From Callorhinchus milii (taxonomy: Eukaryota): 64,000 nucleotides of DNA. Of the stretch, positions 25,348 to 39,456 are shown piece by piece. The stretch spans positions 10,044,001 to 10,108,000 of the forward strand of contig NW_024704764.1 of the NCBI RefSeq assembly GCF_018977255.1, written 5' to 3'. A program made the translations under genes and the position numbers. The stretch's first letter is position 1; every line of letters starts with the position of its first letter. The notes beneath the pieces are model-generated. The model saw only the letters and a program-made list of their open reading frames with translations, was not told where the DNA came from and made no database searches.

Positions 25348-26278
25348 TATGAGCAGGGGAATCTCAAATTCTTTTCTGAGGGAGTTGTGCAATGTGTCTA
25401 TCGTCCCACAGCCTGAGACTGACTGAAACTCACACTCGCTGCTTTTAGCTCCGTGTCAGTGTGATGTCCTGACCCCTGATCTGACTGGCTGCTGTGAGCA
25501 TGTCTGTCATCTAATGACCTGTCGAGAGTTTGGTTAAGTTCCGGGAAAGGTAAATCTAACTGCCCCTTTGCCTCCTCAGCTGCCCCAAATGCCCCAACAT
25601 TCACCGCCTCTCTCCAGCATCACCATCACCCACACAGATCTCTGGTAAAGAGAGGAGGGAAAGAGTCCAGGCAACAGGTTGCGTTGGCACAGTCCGTTAA
25701 CTGCAGGTGATTTCTGTGCAGGTGAAGCCTTCTATGATTTCACCTGATGTGACGGAGAGGGAGACAGGACCATCCCAAAGTAAATTTAAGCTTCTAATTC
25801 ACTCAGTTTCTTTAAGACAGAATTGTGACAAATCACTTTTCTGTTTTCAAAGGACTTTTGAATTAATAATCGTTGTGCGGTCTGTGAGATTTGCGCTTGT
25901 AAAGGTCCTGAAATGATCGTCACTGAACTGAGATACAGAATGTGGTCAGTGTAACGGTCACTGGTTAGCCGTGTGTCAGTATTTTACAATGTGTGTGGAT
26001 TTCTGCATTGTTTTGCTAACCCTGCTGGGAAGATGACTGGCAAAGCAGTGAGGAACTGATCTTATTTAAGCACAGTTTAACATGGCCCAGTGGGTAAAGA
26101 GAATCCGCTACAGAACTGAACACAGGCCCGAAGGTTGCAGGTTCATTCCCTACGGTTAGACAAAGCGGATCGGAAGCTTGTTGGAGAACACGTCTCTCAA
26201 GCCTGGGTCTTTAGTCGGAATTAAACGTACGGCTGTGAGGCGAATGGGTAGTAAATGTTCCGTCTCTTGGGTTTGCAG

Positions 26279-26380
26279 TGAAGCGCGATATCCAGCAGGA
26301 CGACGAGGAGGCTGTGCGCGTGAAGGAGCAGAGTATCCTCGAGCTGGGCTCACTTCTGGCAAAGACAGGACAGGCAGCTG
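26279..26380 (+). CDS. PSMD11: PSMD11 exon 2 (102 nt)
   Basis: gcag|TG AAG; [34 protein letters not shown]; gctg|gtaagc. Confidence 0.95.
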
Positions 26381-26982
26381 GTAAGCAACACAGCACCAGC
26401 TCAGGCACAGGGAATGACAGGCAGCGGGATCGGGGTGGAGCAGGGAATAAACCTTTTCGTTTCAATTCAACTGGATGAATTCCTGCATTGAAGGGCACTC
26501 GGGGCAGAGCGTCCCGTCCTGGAGCTTCGCAAAGCAAACCGGCACTGCCCCGTTCCTCTTGAGAGCGGACAGGCTATAGGGATGGCGTTCCGAGGCCTGG
26601 CAACGAGCGATCGGGCCAAAAAGTGAACAGAATTTCCCATTCCCCCCCCCCCCACCCCTATTTAAAATAACTTTTTCTGACCGGGGTTAACCCCATCTCG
26701 TATATTCTTGTTCACGCGAAACGAGGCGGATGCGGTGAATGCGGGCAGAGTGTCGCGCTGAGCCCGGGGGGGGGGGGTGCGCTGGCGGCACGGCGTTCCC
26801 GAACGGCGCTCAGCTGCCGTACCTACCACACGGTGGCAGCGGAGAACCGGTGCCGCTGTCCTCACCGGCGCCCCCCGCAGGCGGCTGCCTGTCCCGCCTT
26901 TACCTCTCCGGGTCCAGTCCGTTGACTGAAGTGTTTTCTTCGTTTTAATTCGACAGATACGGTCGTGCAGCGGCCGAAATAA

Positions 26983-27406
<424 letters not shown>

Positions 27407-27529
27407 GTAGGTCTCTGTGCTGTCTCTGTGCCAAGAGGTCGGATCAACCGCATCATTTGAACAAGAACTGACTAATCCTGGTCTGTGCCACGCCTGCCAT
27501 TTCACCTAAAAACAAATAAATGAATAAAT

Positions 27530-27715
27530 AAATAATAATAATTTGGTCACTTCAATTCACAACTGTTTGTGGGTACGCTGCTGTGCGCAATTGACTACTG
27601 CGTTTTGCCCACAAAATATAATCAATTCACTTTACAGTATATTCTGCGAAGCGCTTTGAGACGTCTTGAAGGCGTGATAAAGCGCTGAATGAAATGCGAG
27701 GATTGTTATTATTAT
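27530..27715 (+). mobile_element. SINE 3' half ending just before the exon 5 acceptor
   Basis: Family body and tail (gaagcgctttgagacgtc..gataaagcgct..aaatgcgaggattgttattatt). Confidence 0.8.
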
Positions 27716-27735
27716 CTCTGATGTTTCCTCCACAG

Positions 27736-27793
27736 GCTCGCTTGGTTTCTCTGTATTTCGACACTAAGAGGTATCAGGAGGCATTACAATTAG
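27736..27793 (+). CDS. PSMD11: PSMD11 exon 5 (58 nt)
   Basis: ARLVSLYFDTKRYQEALQL; ttag|gtaact. Confidence 0.95.
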
Positions 27794-28541
27794 GTAACTA
27801 GCGATCTACCTTTGTGCTACAGTATTCAGTATACAGTACAGTCACTGCTCACTGGGTGAGAGTTTAAACAAACTGTCAGGGCCATCGAAAGACATGTTTC
27901 TCTAACTCAGTCTCATGTCGGCTCAAGTTATCGTTCGACATAATACTGATTGTTGAGGGAGTGTGTGCGTCTGGCTGTGCAGTGGATCAGGGGTCTGATC
28001 CCACATGGCTAAGTAGCATGGTTACACTCAATGTCTAGGCTCAGACGTGAGGAGAGGCCAGAGGGAGACTGCAGGCTGTTGAGTCGGACGTTAAAAAAAA
28101 AAGTTAAATATCTACAGATGAGAAAGCAAACAACCAGCACATTATTTTATTGAAAAGGTAAATGACGCACTGTTATTTGCTTATTACAATAGCTAACGAT
28201 CAGGTAGTCTCATCCTCTTAAACCAGTTGCACGTGTTACACACATAAGAGTAACTAACTGGTTTGGTGTGTATTTGCTTTGAGGTGCCAGCAGAGGCCAG
28301 GCTTGTGTAACATTCTCACTGTCATTTGGCACAAATAATACACAGCAGTCACTGGGGCAGGAATTTGGGATTCGATCAAACACTTTGGGGTGAATTAGTG
28401 CCTGTGGGGTTGAGGAGTGGCAATGCAGGGAATTGTGAGTGAGTGAGCAAACACCTCATTGTGGGATGCTTCTTGTTACTAACGTGAAAACCGTAACTGG
28501 CGCAGACGACTTTGCTTCAAAGCATCATCTCTACCAAATAA

Positions 28542-29130
<589 letters not shown>

Positions 29131-29532
29131 TAAAAGGTGCAGTCAGGTACACAGGCATTGTGTGGCTTCGCAGTGGCACAGACTCACACAGGGCCAATGG
29201 CCTCGTGTGTTTCTGTAAGCACTTGCCAAGTAAGAGAGGGTTGACCAGCAGAGGGAGACCTTGTACTGGCAGAGCTGGTGGTGCTCACTGCTGGAGGGAA
29301 TCCTCCTGTAGGGCCCACTCTACCCCTCAAACCCCAACTCACAGGCATTGGGGCTGATCTAAATCAGCCTGGAGCAGCCTGGTATCTCACTGTCTCTCTT
29401 GCGGAGACGTGTCCTGCTGATGTCTCCCACCCTCCCTGCTGTAAGTGGCTTTTGCTGACGTCTCTCATTGCCGGGCACAGGTGCTGATCATCGCCAGGAA
29501 GCCGGGCGCGGCGGGTGGTAACCGGTGTTTAA

Positions 29533-29697
<165 letters not shown>

Positions 29698-30457
29698 TAA
29701 GTGTGAATGTTTACTAGACACGGGGGGAGGGGTGAGGGGGTGGGTCTGACAGAGGCGACCCTGTGGTTGTGCTGAGTCTCGGCTCGGTGTGTTGTGTGCG
29801 GGTCCAGAACAGGCTGAGCGCCAATCGCTTTGGTGATGTTTCTGGGGACACGGGCGTGAGGGGGATCGGGGGCACTGGGCAAAAGCGTCACTCGGCTTCC
29901 CGCTAGCGGGGACGGGGCTGGAGATTTTCTGTCCCTCTATAGCTCTTAGTCGCAGTGCAGTGCAGCCCCACATAGAGCGAGCGAGCAGGTACCTTTCCCT
30001 GGGGGGTGAGGAGGGGTGCCGAGAGGGGAGAGAATGAATCTTTAGTCCGTTTGGCCATTGAAAGGCTACACCACACTGAGCACCTGTTGGGATTACAGAC
30101 AGACAGCCGGTGGCGGATCACTTGCTAATCTCTGTGGGAATCCAGGAGATCAATGTGTGGAGTTACGTTACCACTCGATGCCTGGAGCTCTCTGATCCTC
30201 CGCCGGTTCCTCTCCCTTTGTGTGAGAATTTTGAGAAACAACAAGAACAACTTGGATTTATTTCGCGCCCCTCAGGGTAGCGCCCCAGAGCGCTTGAAAT
30301 GCACGTTGTGGTTTATTGTTCGCTGGGGATTGAAATTCGTGCTGTTTAGCCACTCGTAGACACTCGCAGGCGTGTTGTGCTGTAATGTTCACTGATTTTT
30401 CGGTCGCTGCTATCTCGCTGTGTAACTCACGCCGCCTGGTTTGTGTTTGTTCTCCAG

Positions 30458-30518
30458 ACCTGAGGACGTTCAGGCGTTGGTGAGTGGGAAGCTGGCCCTC
30501 CGGTATGCAGGAAGGCAG
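30458..30518 (+). CDS. PSMD11: PSMD11 exon 8 (61 nt)
   Basis: PEDVQALVSGKLALRYAGRQ; cag|gtaata. Confidence 0.95.
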
Positions 30519-31123
30519 GTAATACAACACCCCGCTATTCTTCAATCTAGCGTTTTCCCGGGAGGGGTGGAGGAGGAGGGGGGAGCCGAGAGGGAGGGGA
30601 GGATTTTTTTTAGAAATAGTTCTGTGGTTTATGAGGCTTCTGAAGAATGATCTCACAGTCACTAGACACCAGTCAGGCTGTTCATTCCCACCCTGACTTA
30701 GCCCAGAGGGCAGCAAGGCCAATGTAGCACCCAACTGTCTGAGATCAATTAACTTAGCACTCACTGGGAATCACTCCTCCTGGCTTTGTTACGTCTGTGT
30801 GTGGCTAAAGATTCTTTAAACGTCCTCTCAGAGCCCCTCTAGTAATGATCCTTGCACTGGATACAGCATCTATACACTCAGAACATCTCAAAGTGCTTCT
30901 TGAGTGTCGAGACTGTTTCCTTCACTTGGTGGCGGTTTGTGCAATCAGTCTGGGCGCACAAATTGGCTGCTGTGTTAGTCTCCAAAGACTCTCACTTGCG
31001 AGGACTTGCTATAGAGCGCTAGGAGTAGTTTTGATTTGCTGGGGGTGTAAACGCCTCAAGGTAGTGTTTGAGCCGTGACCCAACTTTCGGTTTAGCTAAC
31101 GGTGGATTTCTCTTTGTTTTCAG

Positions 31124-31186
31124 ACCGACTCGTTAAAATGTGTGGCGCGTGCGAGTAAGAACCGGTCACTGGCAGACTTTGAAAAG
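31124..31186 (+). CDS. PSMD11: PSMD11 exon 9 (63 nt)
   Basis: TDSLKCVARASKNRSLADFEK; aag|gtgagc. Confidence 0.95.
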
Positions 31187-31904
31187 GTGAGCTCTCTCTA
31201 GAGGCTGGCGACGAGTGAGGAGAGAAGGTGAACTGTTAATGGCCACAGTTTGAAGGGCTTTCAATGCACAATACAGAGCAGCTTGTGTTAAATTCCAATC
31301 CCAAAGCGGGGGAATGTCCATAGGAACAACAGAAACTTGCTCTTCCTCCAGGGAGACTGGAAATTACACCCGCTTCTGTTTACAATGAACATTGCCAGCA
31401 CTTTGTACAGTGTATGAGTGTGTGTGTGGAGTGGGGGGATTATTATCTGGTCATGGGGTGGGTTACCTGGTTCCTCGCCCTTGCTCTTCCTTCTGCTATA
31501 CCGGCTGACATACTGGGTGGGCAGGGTGGCTCCTGAGGCGGGTGAATGTTGAGATGTGCGGGGGATGAGGGGGAAGAGCATTAGTTTGCGGGGAGAAGCA
31601 TTTACTCCCCTCTGGCACCTCGAGAAGAAAGGTCAGGAATCCCGACTCGCATGTCCCCATACCCTAGTGACAATCAAGGATGTGTGGGGGGCGGGGGGGG
31701 AAGGAGAGGAAAGAAAGAGTTGTGAGTTATACACTGGATCCCTTCCACACAGGCTTGAGCTTGTCTGTCACTGGGCCACATGCATGTGCAGCTGCTTTCC
31801 AACTAAATTTAGTCCTGAAAAAACCCTGCTTGGAAACAACCAGAAATCTTCAGATGTTTGATTCAGTGAGGAGCTAGGTTTGAATATCGCACATAACCCA
31901 GAGT

Positions 31905-32078
31905 GACCGCCTCACTCCCTCTCTTGTCTCCTTCAAGTCCCGTCTAAAGACCTCCCTCCTTGACTGTGCCTTCGGCCATACACAACTCCCAGCTCGGGTC
32001 CAAAAGCCCCCGACTGTCTAGCACCCTGGGACGTCTGTCCGACGTGAAGGGCACAATACAGGTGTAATTTGTTGTTGC
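31905..32078 (+). mobile_element. L2 LINE 3' end
   Basis: ccttcaagtcccgtctaaagacctccctccttgactgtgcc...ctgggacgtctgtccgacgtgaagggcac..(gtt)n. Confidence 0.75.
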
Positions 32079-32105
32079 TGACGCTTCTGCCCTTCTGGCC
32101 TCCAG

Positions 32106-32231
32106 GCTTTGAAAGACTTTGAGGCAGAGCTGAGGGATGATCCCATCATCGCCACACACCTGGCAAAGTTGTACGATAACTTACTGGAGCAGAATCTTAT
32201 CCGAGTGATCGAGCCTTTCTCCAGAGTCCAG
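32106..32231 (+). CDS. PSMD11: PSMD11 exon 10 (126 nt)
   Basis: [42 protein letters not shown] (PCI domain); cag|gtaagg. Confidence 0.95.
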
Positions 32232-32516
32232 GTAAGGTTCCTCACCAGCCCAGAGACTCTGGAACTCTCTCCCCCCCCCCCCCACCCCGCCCTACTTTCA
32301 AATCCCAGCGTCACACAGCCTCCTGTTGAGCCCTACCTGTATCCTCCACTTTGTTGACTGTTGCTTGTGGAGACATCCCAGGTTATATTTCATTACAGCG
32401 TTGACACAATTTGTGTTGCTGTGGTTTGTAATGAGAGAGCCCTTGATTTCCACCGTCATTGCGTTGTGACTTGTAATCGTTCCCCGGACTTAAACTGGAC
32501 TTTCTTAATCTTGCAG

Positions 32517-32552
32517 CTAGAACACATAGCAACCCTCATCAAGCTCTCCAAG
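32517..32552 (+). CDS. PSMD11: PSMD11 exon 11 (36 nt)
   Basis: LEHIATLIKLSK; aag|gtaagt. Confidence 0.93.
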
Positions 32553-32703
32553 GTAAGTGAGGCTCCATTAACAACACAATACAGACTCCTCCGCCTTTGG
32601 ATCTGAACTCTTTGTGGTTCAGCACAAGAGAGGCTGCCTTTAACGGGACGTCTCGAGATGAGAGACCTGGAATTCTGGCCTGACTTTATTGCTGTGATTT
32701 CAG

Positions 32704-32755
32704 GGGGATGTGGAAAGGAAACTCTCTCAGATGATCCTGGACAAGAAGTTTCACG
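32704..32755 (+). CDS. PSMD11: PSMD11 exon 12 (52 nt)
   Basis: GDVERKLSQMILDKKFH; cacg|gtgagt. Confidence 0.95.
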
Positions 32756-32923
32756 GTGAGTGTTTGAGCAGTTGTGTGGGTGTGTGTGTGTGCGCTGCAG
32801 AGAGAGCTCTGTGTCCCCCTTGGGTTCTGACCCTGGACTGCATTGCGTTTGCTGATCTAAGCCCTGGCTACAAGAGGTGTCAGTGCAATTCTCACCAATT
32901 TCTCCTGAGGATTTCACACTTAA

Positions 32924-33091
<168 letters not shown>

Positions 33092-33330
33092 GTGGGTTTG
33101 AGGTCTCGGGTATTCAGCAATAAGCTGCTGCCGTGCATTGACTTGTGATATTTTATAATGACCTGTGCTGGTCGATAATGATAACTAAGGTGTCTTTCCC
33201 TCCAGTTCTGTGCTGGAGCCAGGACTAAGCCCACATGACTGAAGGTTTGAGTGTGTTTGACTTGACAGCCTGGCCTTACCAGGGCTCTGTCCTTTACACA
33301 TACATTCAGCTCTTTGTTCTCCTCCCGCAG

Positions 33331-34720
33331 AGCGAGCACCGTGCGTGCCGGAGTTGGCGTGTGTGACAGAAGAGAGAGAGAGAGAGAGAGAGAGGCGCTT
33401 GGAGAAGTGCTAGGATTTTTTTCAGTGTGTCCCACTTTCAGAATGAAAGTTTTTAAATCCCTCGTCAAACTCATTCTGTTCAGAGCAAGTTTGTTCCAGT
33501 TTGATGTAGCCTTCACCCAGCAGGTTATCGGGGATGGTATGACTTCTTTTTTTAAGAAAAAAAATCCTTTGTCATATTTTGTCCTGACTTACCATTACCT
33601 GAGAGTTTACTGAGACTCTTTGTTTTTTTGGTTTGATTTTGACCCTGTGCTATCTCTGGACCTGGCTGATATCACACTGCTTTTTACATCTGACTTGTTT
33701 TCCAGCGGTTGCCCCCACACGTAACATACCGTCTCTCGGTTTGGTTCCTTACCATCAATATCAAATGTACAAACGGTTCTCGCTAACCAACAAATTATCA
33801 GGTATATCTGATGTTCAGATGAGTTCATAATAAAAAGAAAAAAAAGTGTTTTTTTCAAAGTGTGACGTGTCCTTTTTAATTTCCTTTGGGGGATTTTCTG
33901 ATTTTTTTTTAAATAACGAAAGAAAACGAGCGGATTGGATCTCAGAACTCTCAGAAGTTGCATTCATTACATTGTCAGCGGTTTCCAACCATTGAATCAT
34001 GGGTTTTCCATTGCTCTTACTTTGTGATCATTCAGCGAGATTGGCTGAGCCATGCGTGACTTGTTACATGAACCCTTTGGTGGGTGGGGCGGGGGGGTGG
34101 GGATGGCGAATGTATGTACATCGCTGGTGTGGAGGGGGCAGCAAACCTTTTAAAGCGAAAAAAAAATCTGAAGATCGTGAGTAAGCCAGTGCACTCCAAA
34201 CCTAAGCTCACTCAATTAGAATGCTTCCTGAAATTGGGTGACGTTTAGGTGAGGAAATCCTAAGCCATTGGCCTCAGTTAAAAGCGTGCGTGAAAGAAGC
34301 CGCCATTATTAGTTACTGAGGTGAAACGTACAGCAAAGAGGGCGCTGGATTTCACAGATCTCAGTATAGCTCCACACTAACAGGACCTGAGCACAGTGTC
34401 TGTCTGTTCTGAAGAATGTGTTGAAGCCGGGAGCCCTATGAATGTGGCTTGTGGTTCGCATTTTATGTACAATATAAGAGTGTTTGGTGAGTATGAGGAC
34501 AAGCCTGGATTATGCACTGGAGTGAGTAATGACTTCAGAACCTCATCCACCATCCTCTGAGTGCACAGTCACTACACTCCCATCTTTTTGGTTCTATTTG
34601 AATGTTTGAGGAATCTGTATTTTCTTTTCTCTGAGGAGCTCACTTACCACTTGGCTTTTTTTTTGTCAACTACAGTATTTTACCTTATGTCATTTTAATA
34701 AACCCCGGCGGATTTGATTC
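33331..34720 (+). other. PSMD11: Probable non-coding terminal exon / 3' UTR of PSMD11; AATAAA at 33829 and 34697
   Basis: Acceptor tctttgttctcctcccgcag| ending at 33330; transposon-free sequence until ~34780. Confidence 0.5.
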
Positions 34721-34789
34721 ACTGCATTTTAGTTTTTAATTCAAAGGTGACGGAATCTTTCACACTCCAGACGTGGGGTGAGCTTCGAG

Positions 34790-35372
34790 ACGTGCCGCGT
34801 TTCGCCCACAACATACACAGGCGCTCCACTTTACAGCGTATCTCGTGAAGCGCTTTGAGACGTCTCGACGACGTGATAAGGCGCTTTATCAAATGCAAAG
34901 ATTATATGATTGACAGCTGCCAAAACCCCGCTGGTTAAACGAATCCGAGCCAGACGCCGACGATTTCCATAACACACAAAGCAAGTGACGCAGTGTCAAA
35001 TTATTATGATAATCCTTGCATTTGATAGGGGGCACAGGTGCAGACAGGTAGATAACCTAATTCCCCAGATCACTCCTCAATGCATTGCTGTACACAAGTC
35101 AGTACAGGAGTTGGAAAACTGCCAATTTCGTTCAACAATTTAAACATTCAATTCATCCCCAAATTGTTTTTCTCTCTCACTGTGTGCGTTAAACAGACTA
35201 ACCATTAATATAATAATCCTTGCATTTGGCACAGCGCCTTATCACATCTTCGAGAGTCAAAACTCTTCACATAATATACCTTAAATTGAATTGACTGTAT
35301 ATTTTGTGAGCGAAACATGGCAGCCAATCGCGCACAGCAGCGTCCCACAAACAGTCGTGGATTGAGTGGTCC
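34790..35372. mobile_element. Two SINE 3' fragments: + at ~34790-34905 and - at ~35205-35372
   Basis: Family body and tail in opposite orientations. Confidence 0.7.
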
Positions 35373-36896
35373 ACATTTTATTTATGATAATGCTTCAATC
35401 AATGTACCTTTTTCTGCGAGCACCAAGTATCCTGACCTATATTCCTTATTGTTATCTCGACACAGTGCTCCCCAATGCTGGAACAATTGCTCTCTTCAGC
35501 AGCTGCCACTGGGAGAGAGACAGAGAGAGAGGCTATGATCTAAGGCTCTTGTGATAAGTTACCAAGGCCTGAGCTCAAAACAATGAAATACCGGCCCGTG
35601 TGGAGTCAATACTGAACCCTGCAAACAGCACAGAATTGCAGTTGAAACCATTTTATGGTCGAAATTCAGGAGAAATGTGTGGGTGTCGGAAGGACATGCA
35701 AAAACTTGCAAATAGTTTGTTCCAGGAATCAAATTGTATTGCTTTTTCTCTCTGCTTCTGGTTGCATTTTAAGAAGCCGATTCCTATGAACGCCGGGAGG
35801 CGTGTGGTTTACGTGGTGAGAATGGCAATGGGAGCTGCTGCCATCATTTACACATTTAATAAGACTACGTTTGGTGGTGGGCTGGGCCAGCGATTAACCC
35901 CTCAGTCTCCAGCCCCTCCCTGAGACTCAATCTCACACTCTCTCCACTCTGTCTCTCCCCTGTTAAACAAATAAGTTTGACCTATTCCCCTCCCAACCTT
36001 TTTGCTGTTTAAATGTAATCTCTCCACTGGAGAGGACACAAACCCTGAATTTAATTATATCCTATAAGGCGCTTTGAGACTTCTCAACGACCTGATAATG
36101 CGCTGTATCAAATGCACGTATTATTATTATCGCTATCATTATTTTTCAACCAGTTCGAATTTTTTTCTCTCGTGACCCAATCTAGACACTCACCTAATTT
36201 ATACTAACCTGTCTCTTCCCTTTTCCCCCTCCCACACACACACACATACACACAATCAGTTCAATATTCCAACCTGTACCTTAGTCAAAACCAAATCTCA
36301 CATTCATCCAAATGGTGGACAGACCATGATGTGCTGAGATCGCTGTCGTAAACAGCTTCTCATTGCTCTGTCACCATTGTGTAAGGAATATCCTCTGAGT
36401 AAAAACATTGTGTGTGTGTGTGTGTGTAATCTGATTGATGTGGGATAACTGATAGAATAATAAAGCAGAATATCTGCTGGGATTTGCAGTTAAGGTAACA
36501 GATAACCATCTACAATCCCTATCAATTCCTGCGACAGATAACTGGAGATTGTCATTAAAGGAATGAGGTTAGCCTGGATACTGCAGGCAGGCAGCCTCCT
36601 AACCAGTCACATTGGATCTGTCTGGCCTCACCTGTTCAGTCACTACAACCCTGGAGACTTCTTCTGCCGCTTACTGTATCACAGCGTTCAGCGTCTTGGG
36701 ACTTCCTCCCAATGCGAAAGGCGCTATTTAAATGCAACGTGTTGTTGTTCAGGGCTGAGTTAAAATGGCCAACATCTGCCTGTTCCCCAAATCCACTTCT
36801 CAATCATCTGAGTGGCTCAGCTGTAGTTCATTTAGACTCCAGGAAACTCAGGCGAGGAGCGTAACTACATTCTTCTGTCAGAAAGTTCTTATTTTA

Positions 36897-37001
36897 GTTA
36901 TTGGTCAGTTATTATTTATTATTAGTCAGTTATTATTTATTATTAGTCAGTTATTATTTATTATTAGTCAGTTATTATTTGTTATTAGTCAGTTATTATT
37001 G
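36897..37001 (+). repeat. 21-bp tandem repeat (ttattagtcagttattattta)x5
   Basis: gtcag recurs at 36904, 36925, 36946, 36967 and 36988. Confidence 0.95.
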
Positions 37002-37639
37002 TAATACCTGGAGTTGTTTCCTGGTGGAGTAATGTGATTGATGGAAACACTGTGATTTATTTTGCAGTTTTTAAGGAGTGACTGAGCCCGTGTCACCCGA
37101 GAATACTCATCCCTCGAGTGATTAGGAGACAGCGATTGAATTAGAGGTTCAGATTATAGCAGAACCCTCCACAGCAGAGTGTGTATAAAGGGATATTTCT
37201 AACCATCATTTGGACCCAGAGTTTACATTCCCTTCTTACCTCCCTCCTGGGAGCTGTCATACTATCATTATTATTATTACCATAGAGCTGATGGTTGATT
37301 TTATTTGGTCTGTTGTTGAGATCATTGTTTTATATGCTTTAATAAGCAGCCCCCCCCCCCCCACACACACATCTATTAGTGCAGGTTATAGGGACCATTA
37401 AAGGTGTTTTTTTTACACCATCTCTCACCGAATACCTATTATTTTTTTGAGAGAAAATGAGAGGTTCCAAGAGAGAGGAAAACAGGCTGAGCGAGAGAGA
37501 TAGAGAGAAGGGATGGCACAGTATGGTACTACAGTGATGGTATAACTCCTGGTGAACAATCGTTTAGTTTGTATTGGGTGGTATTTGGTTATCCGCACTG
37601 AACAGAACAAAGCTCTGGCATCTTGGTTTGCCAGACCCG

Positions 37640-37852
37640 TTACACACAGCCTCGCCTCCACCTCCACCTCACCCCCTCCCTCGCCTCCTTCAGGGTCCAT
37701 CACAAGACCTTCCTCTTTGACCACTCTCCCCCAACTCCCTACACTCCAACCCCTCTTGATTCCGACCTCCAGCTCGGGCGCAAAACCCTTAACAGTCCAG
37801 CGCCTCGGGACACCCTGAAGGGGCGCTAACATAAATACGATTTTGTTGTTGT
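37640..37852 (+). mobile_element. L2 LINE 3' end
   Basis: ccttcagggtccatcacaagaccttcctctttgaccac...gtccagcgcctcgggacacc..(gtt)n. Confidence 0.75.
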
Positions 37853-38169
37853 CTCGACGATGGGATCGGGGGTTAATATAATATAAAATAAAAAGAAAGT
37901 CAGGATTGCCTAAGGTGCGGTTCAACTGCCCCACACCACCCCCACCCCCCTTCCTCCTTAACCTGTGAATGTTTCTCGAAAGGGAAACACAAAAACATTG
38001 CTTATGTGGCCCTAAGGGTTGGACCCCACGAGGGTTGGCTCTCTGGGCTCCTGCCCTCCGCAGCCCCGAACGGTTCACCGAAAACCTGGACGGGAAAGGA
38101 AAAATGTGTTTGGTTTGGGTTTGGGGGCGGAGAGGAAGGGGTTAAGGCTATGATACTGAGTTGGTCGTT

Positions 38170-38700
38170 ACGAGGGGCGGTCGCTGTGCTGTGAGTGGGA
38201 GAGGCTGTGCGGGAGGCGGCAGTGAGGAGCGGGTGGGGGGCGGAGGCAGAACAGAAGGTGGGAGAGGAGAGAGGGAGAGAGAGAGAGGAGAACCCCAAAC
38301 CATCAGCGCCTCTCAGGGCAGCTCCACATCATGGGACCACCGGCTTAGACACGCACACAGTCACCGGGGAAGGCTGCTCTCTCCCCGGGGGGAGGCAGTC
38401 TGCTGGAGCCCGGGGGGCAGCGACACCGCCGCTCCCGGGAGGGGGAGTCGGTACCGAAAGTCGTTGCTGCATTCGCGAATGCGGATATTAACGGGAGAGC
38501 TGAGGCGCACATCGTCCGGGGACCGGACCCACCAACCTGGCGCCGGGGCTCGCCGTTAGCCTCCGTCTCCACCTCCACCGGGTACCGGCACTGCGGGCGG
38601 GGGGCTGAACGAACGCGGCGCAACGCAACGGAGCGAACGAACACCGAATCCGCTGCGCATTTTCTGGGCTGTGCAGGAGGAGGAGGAGGAGGAGACGGGT
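38170..38700 (+). promoter_or_regulatory. CpG/GC-rich promoter and probable first-exon region of CDK5R1
   Basis: GC boxes (ggggcgg) and a CpG-dense stretch; candidate acceptor gatttcctgcag at 38746. Exon 1 boundaries not resolved. Confidence 0.45.
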
Positions 38701-38821
38701 TTAATTCAGGCTGAAAACCATCAGATGTCTGTCTGATTTCCTGCAGCCGCTCCTTCCTCCCCGGTCCCCATCTTCCCTCTCCCCTCTCCCCGCCCCGACC
38801 GGACCCGACGGCGACCGGTAC

Positions 38822-39195
38822 CCTCAGCATCTGCCAACCCGGTACCGTGAACGTCTGACAGCCGGTGCCGTTAAAACGTCTGCAACGGGAGCTGTCAACA
38901 TCTGCCAGCGGACAAGGTAGACACCCGCCCCGGGAACCGCAAGTACCTGCAACCGGTACCGTGAAGCCTCTGTAAGCGGAATCACAAACATCTGCAACCG
39001 GTGCTGCGAACACGTCTGCAACGGCAACCTTCAAAAACATCTGCACGGGGGGTGGGGGGAAGCGGTCAAAACATCTGCCCCGAGCGTCTGAAAAACCTTT
39101 GCCGTTTACCGTTTTCAAAAAAGAAATCTGGCGACCAAACGTGACCTGTGAGCAACTGCCGACCCGCGGGTGGGGAAACCCTAAAACATCTGCAA
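38822..39195 (+). repeat. Degenerate array of aaaCATCTGca / aaCGTCTGca units
   Basis: CATCTG at 38828, 38899, 38989, 39038, 39072 and 39187; CGTCTG at 38852, 38877, 39013 and 39085. Confidence 0.8.
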
Positions 39196-39198
39196 AAG

Positions 39199-39355
39199 CC
39201 ACCAACCAACCACCAACTGCCACCCAACTACCAACCAACTGCCAACCACCCAACTACCAACCACCCAACTACCAACCAACTGCCACCCACCCAACTGCCA
39301 CCCAACTACCACCCAACTACCAACCACCCAACTGCCAACCACCCAACTACCACCC
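39199..39355 (+). repeat. C/A-rich minisatellite (ccacccaactaccaa-like, ~11-15 bp units)
   Basis: Seen directly; translates as PPNYQ/QLP repeats. Confidence 0.88.
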
Positions 39356-39456
39356 GCTCAACCGAGCCAACCCACCGCGAACATCTGCGGGAGCCGGCAA
39401 GGCGGCCCGCGGGCCGGGGCTAGGCAGCGCCAGGCGGCGGCGGCGGCGGCAGCAGC

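Noticed and set aside
36897-37001. Regularly spaced repeats as a CRISPR-like array
   Set aside because: A pure 21-bp tandem repeat without unique spacers, in a vertebrate context with no cas genes.
38300-38326. Split RE1-like site tcagcgcc-tctca-gggcag near the CDK5R1 promoter
   Set aside because: The spacing is not canonical and both halves carry mismatches.
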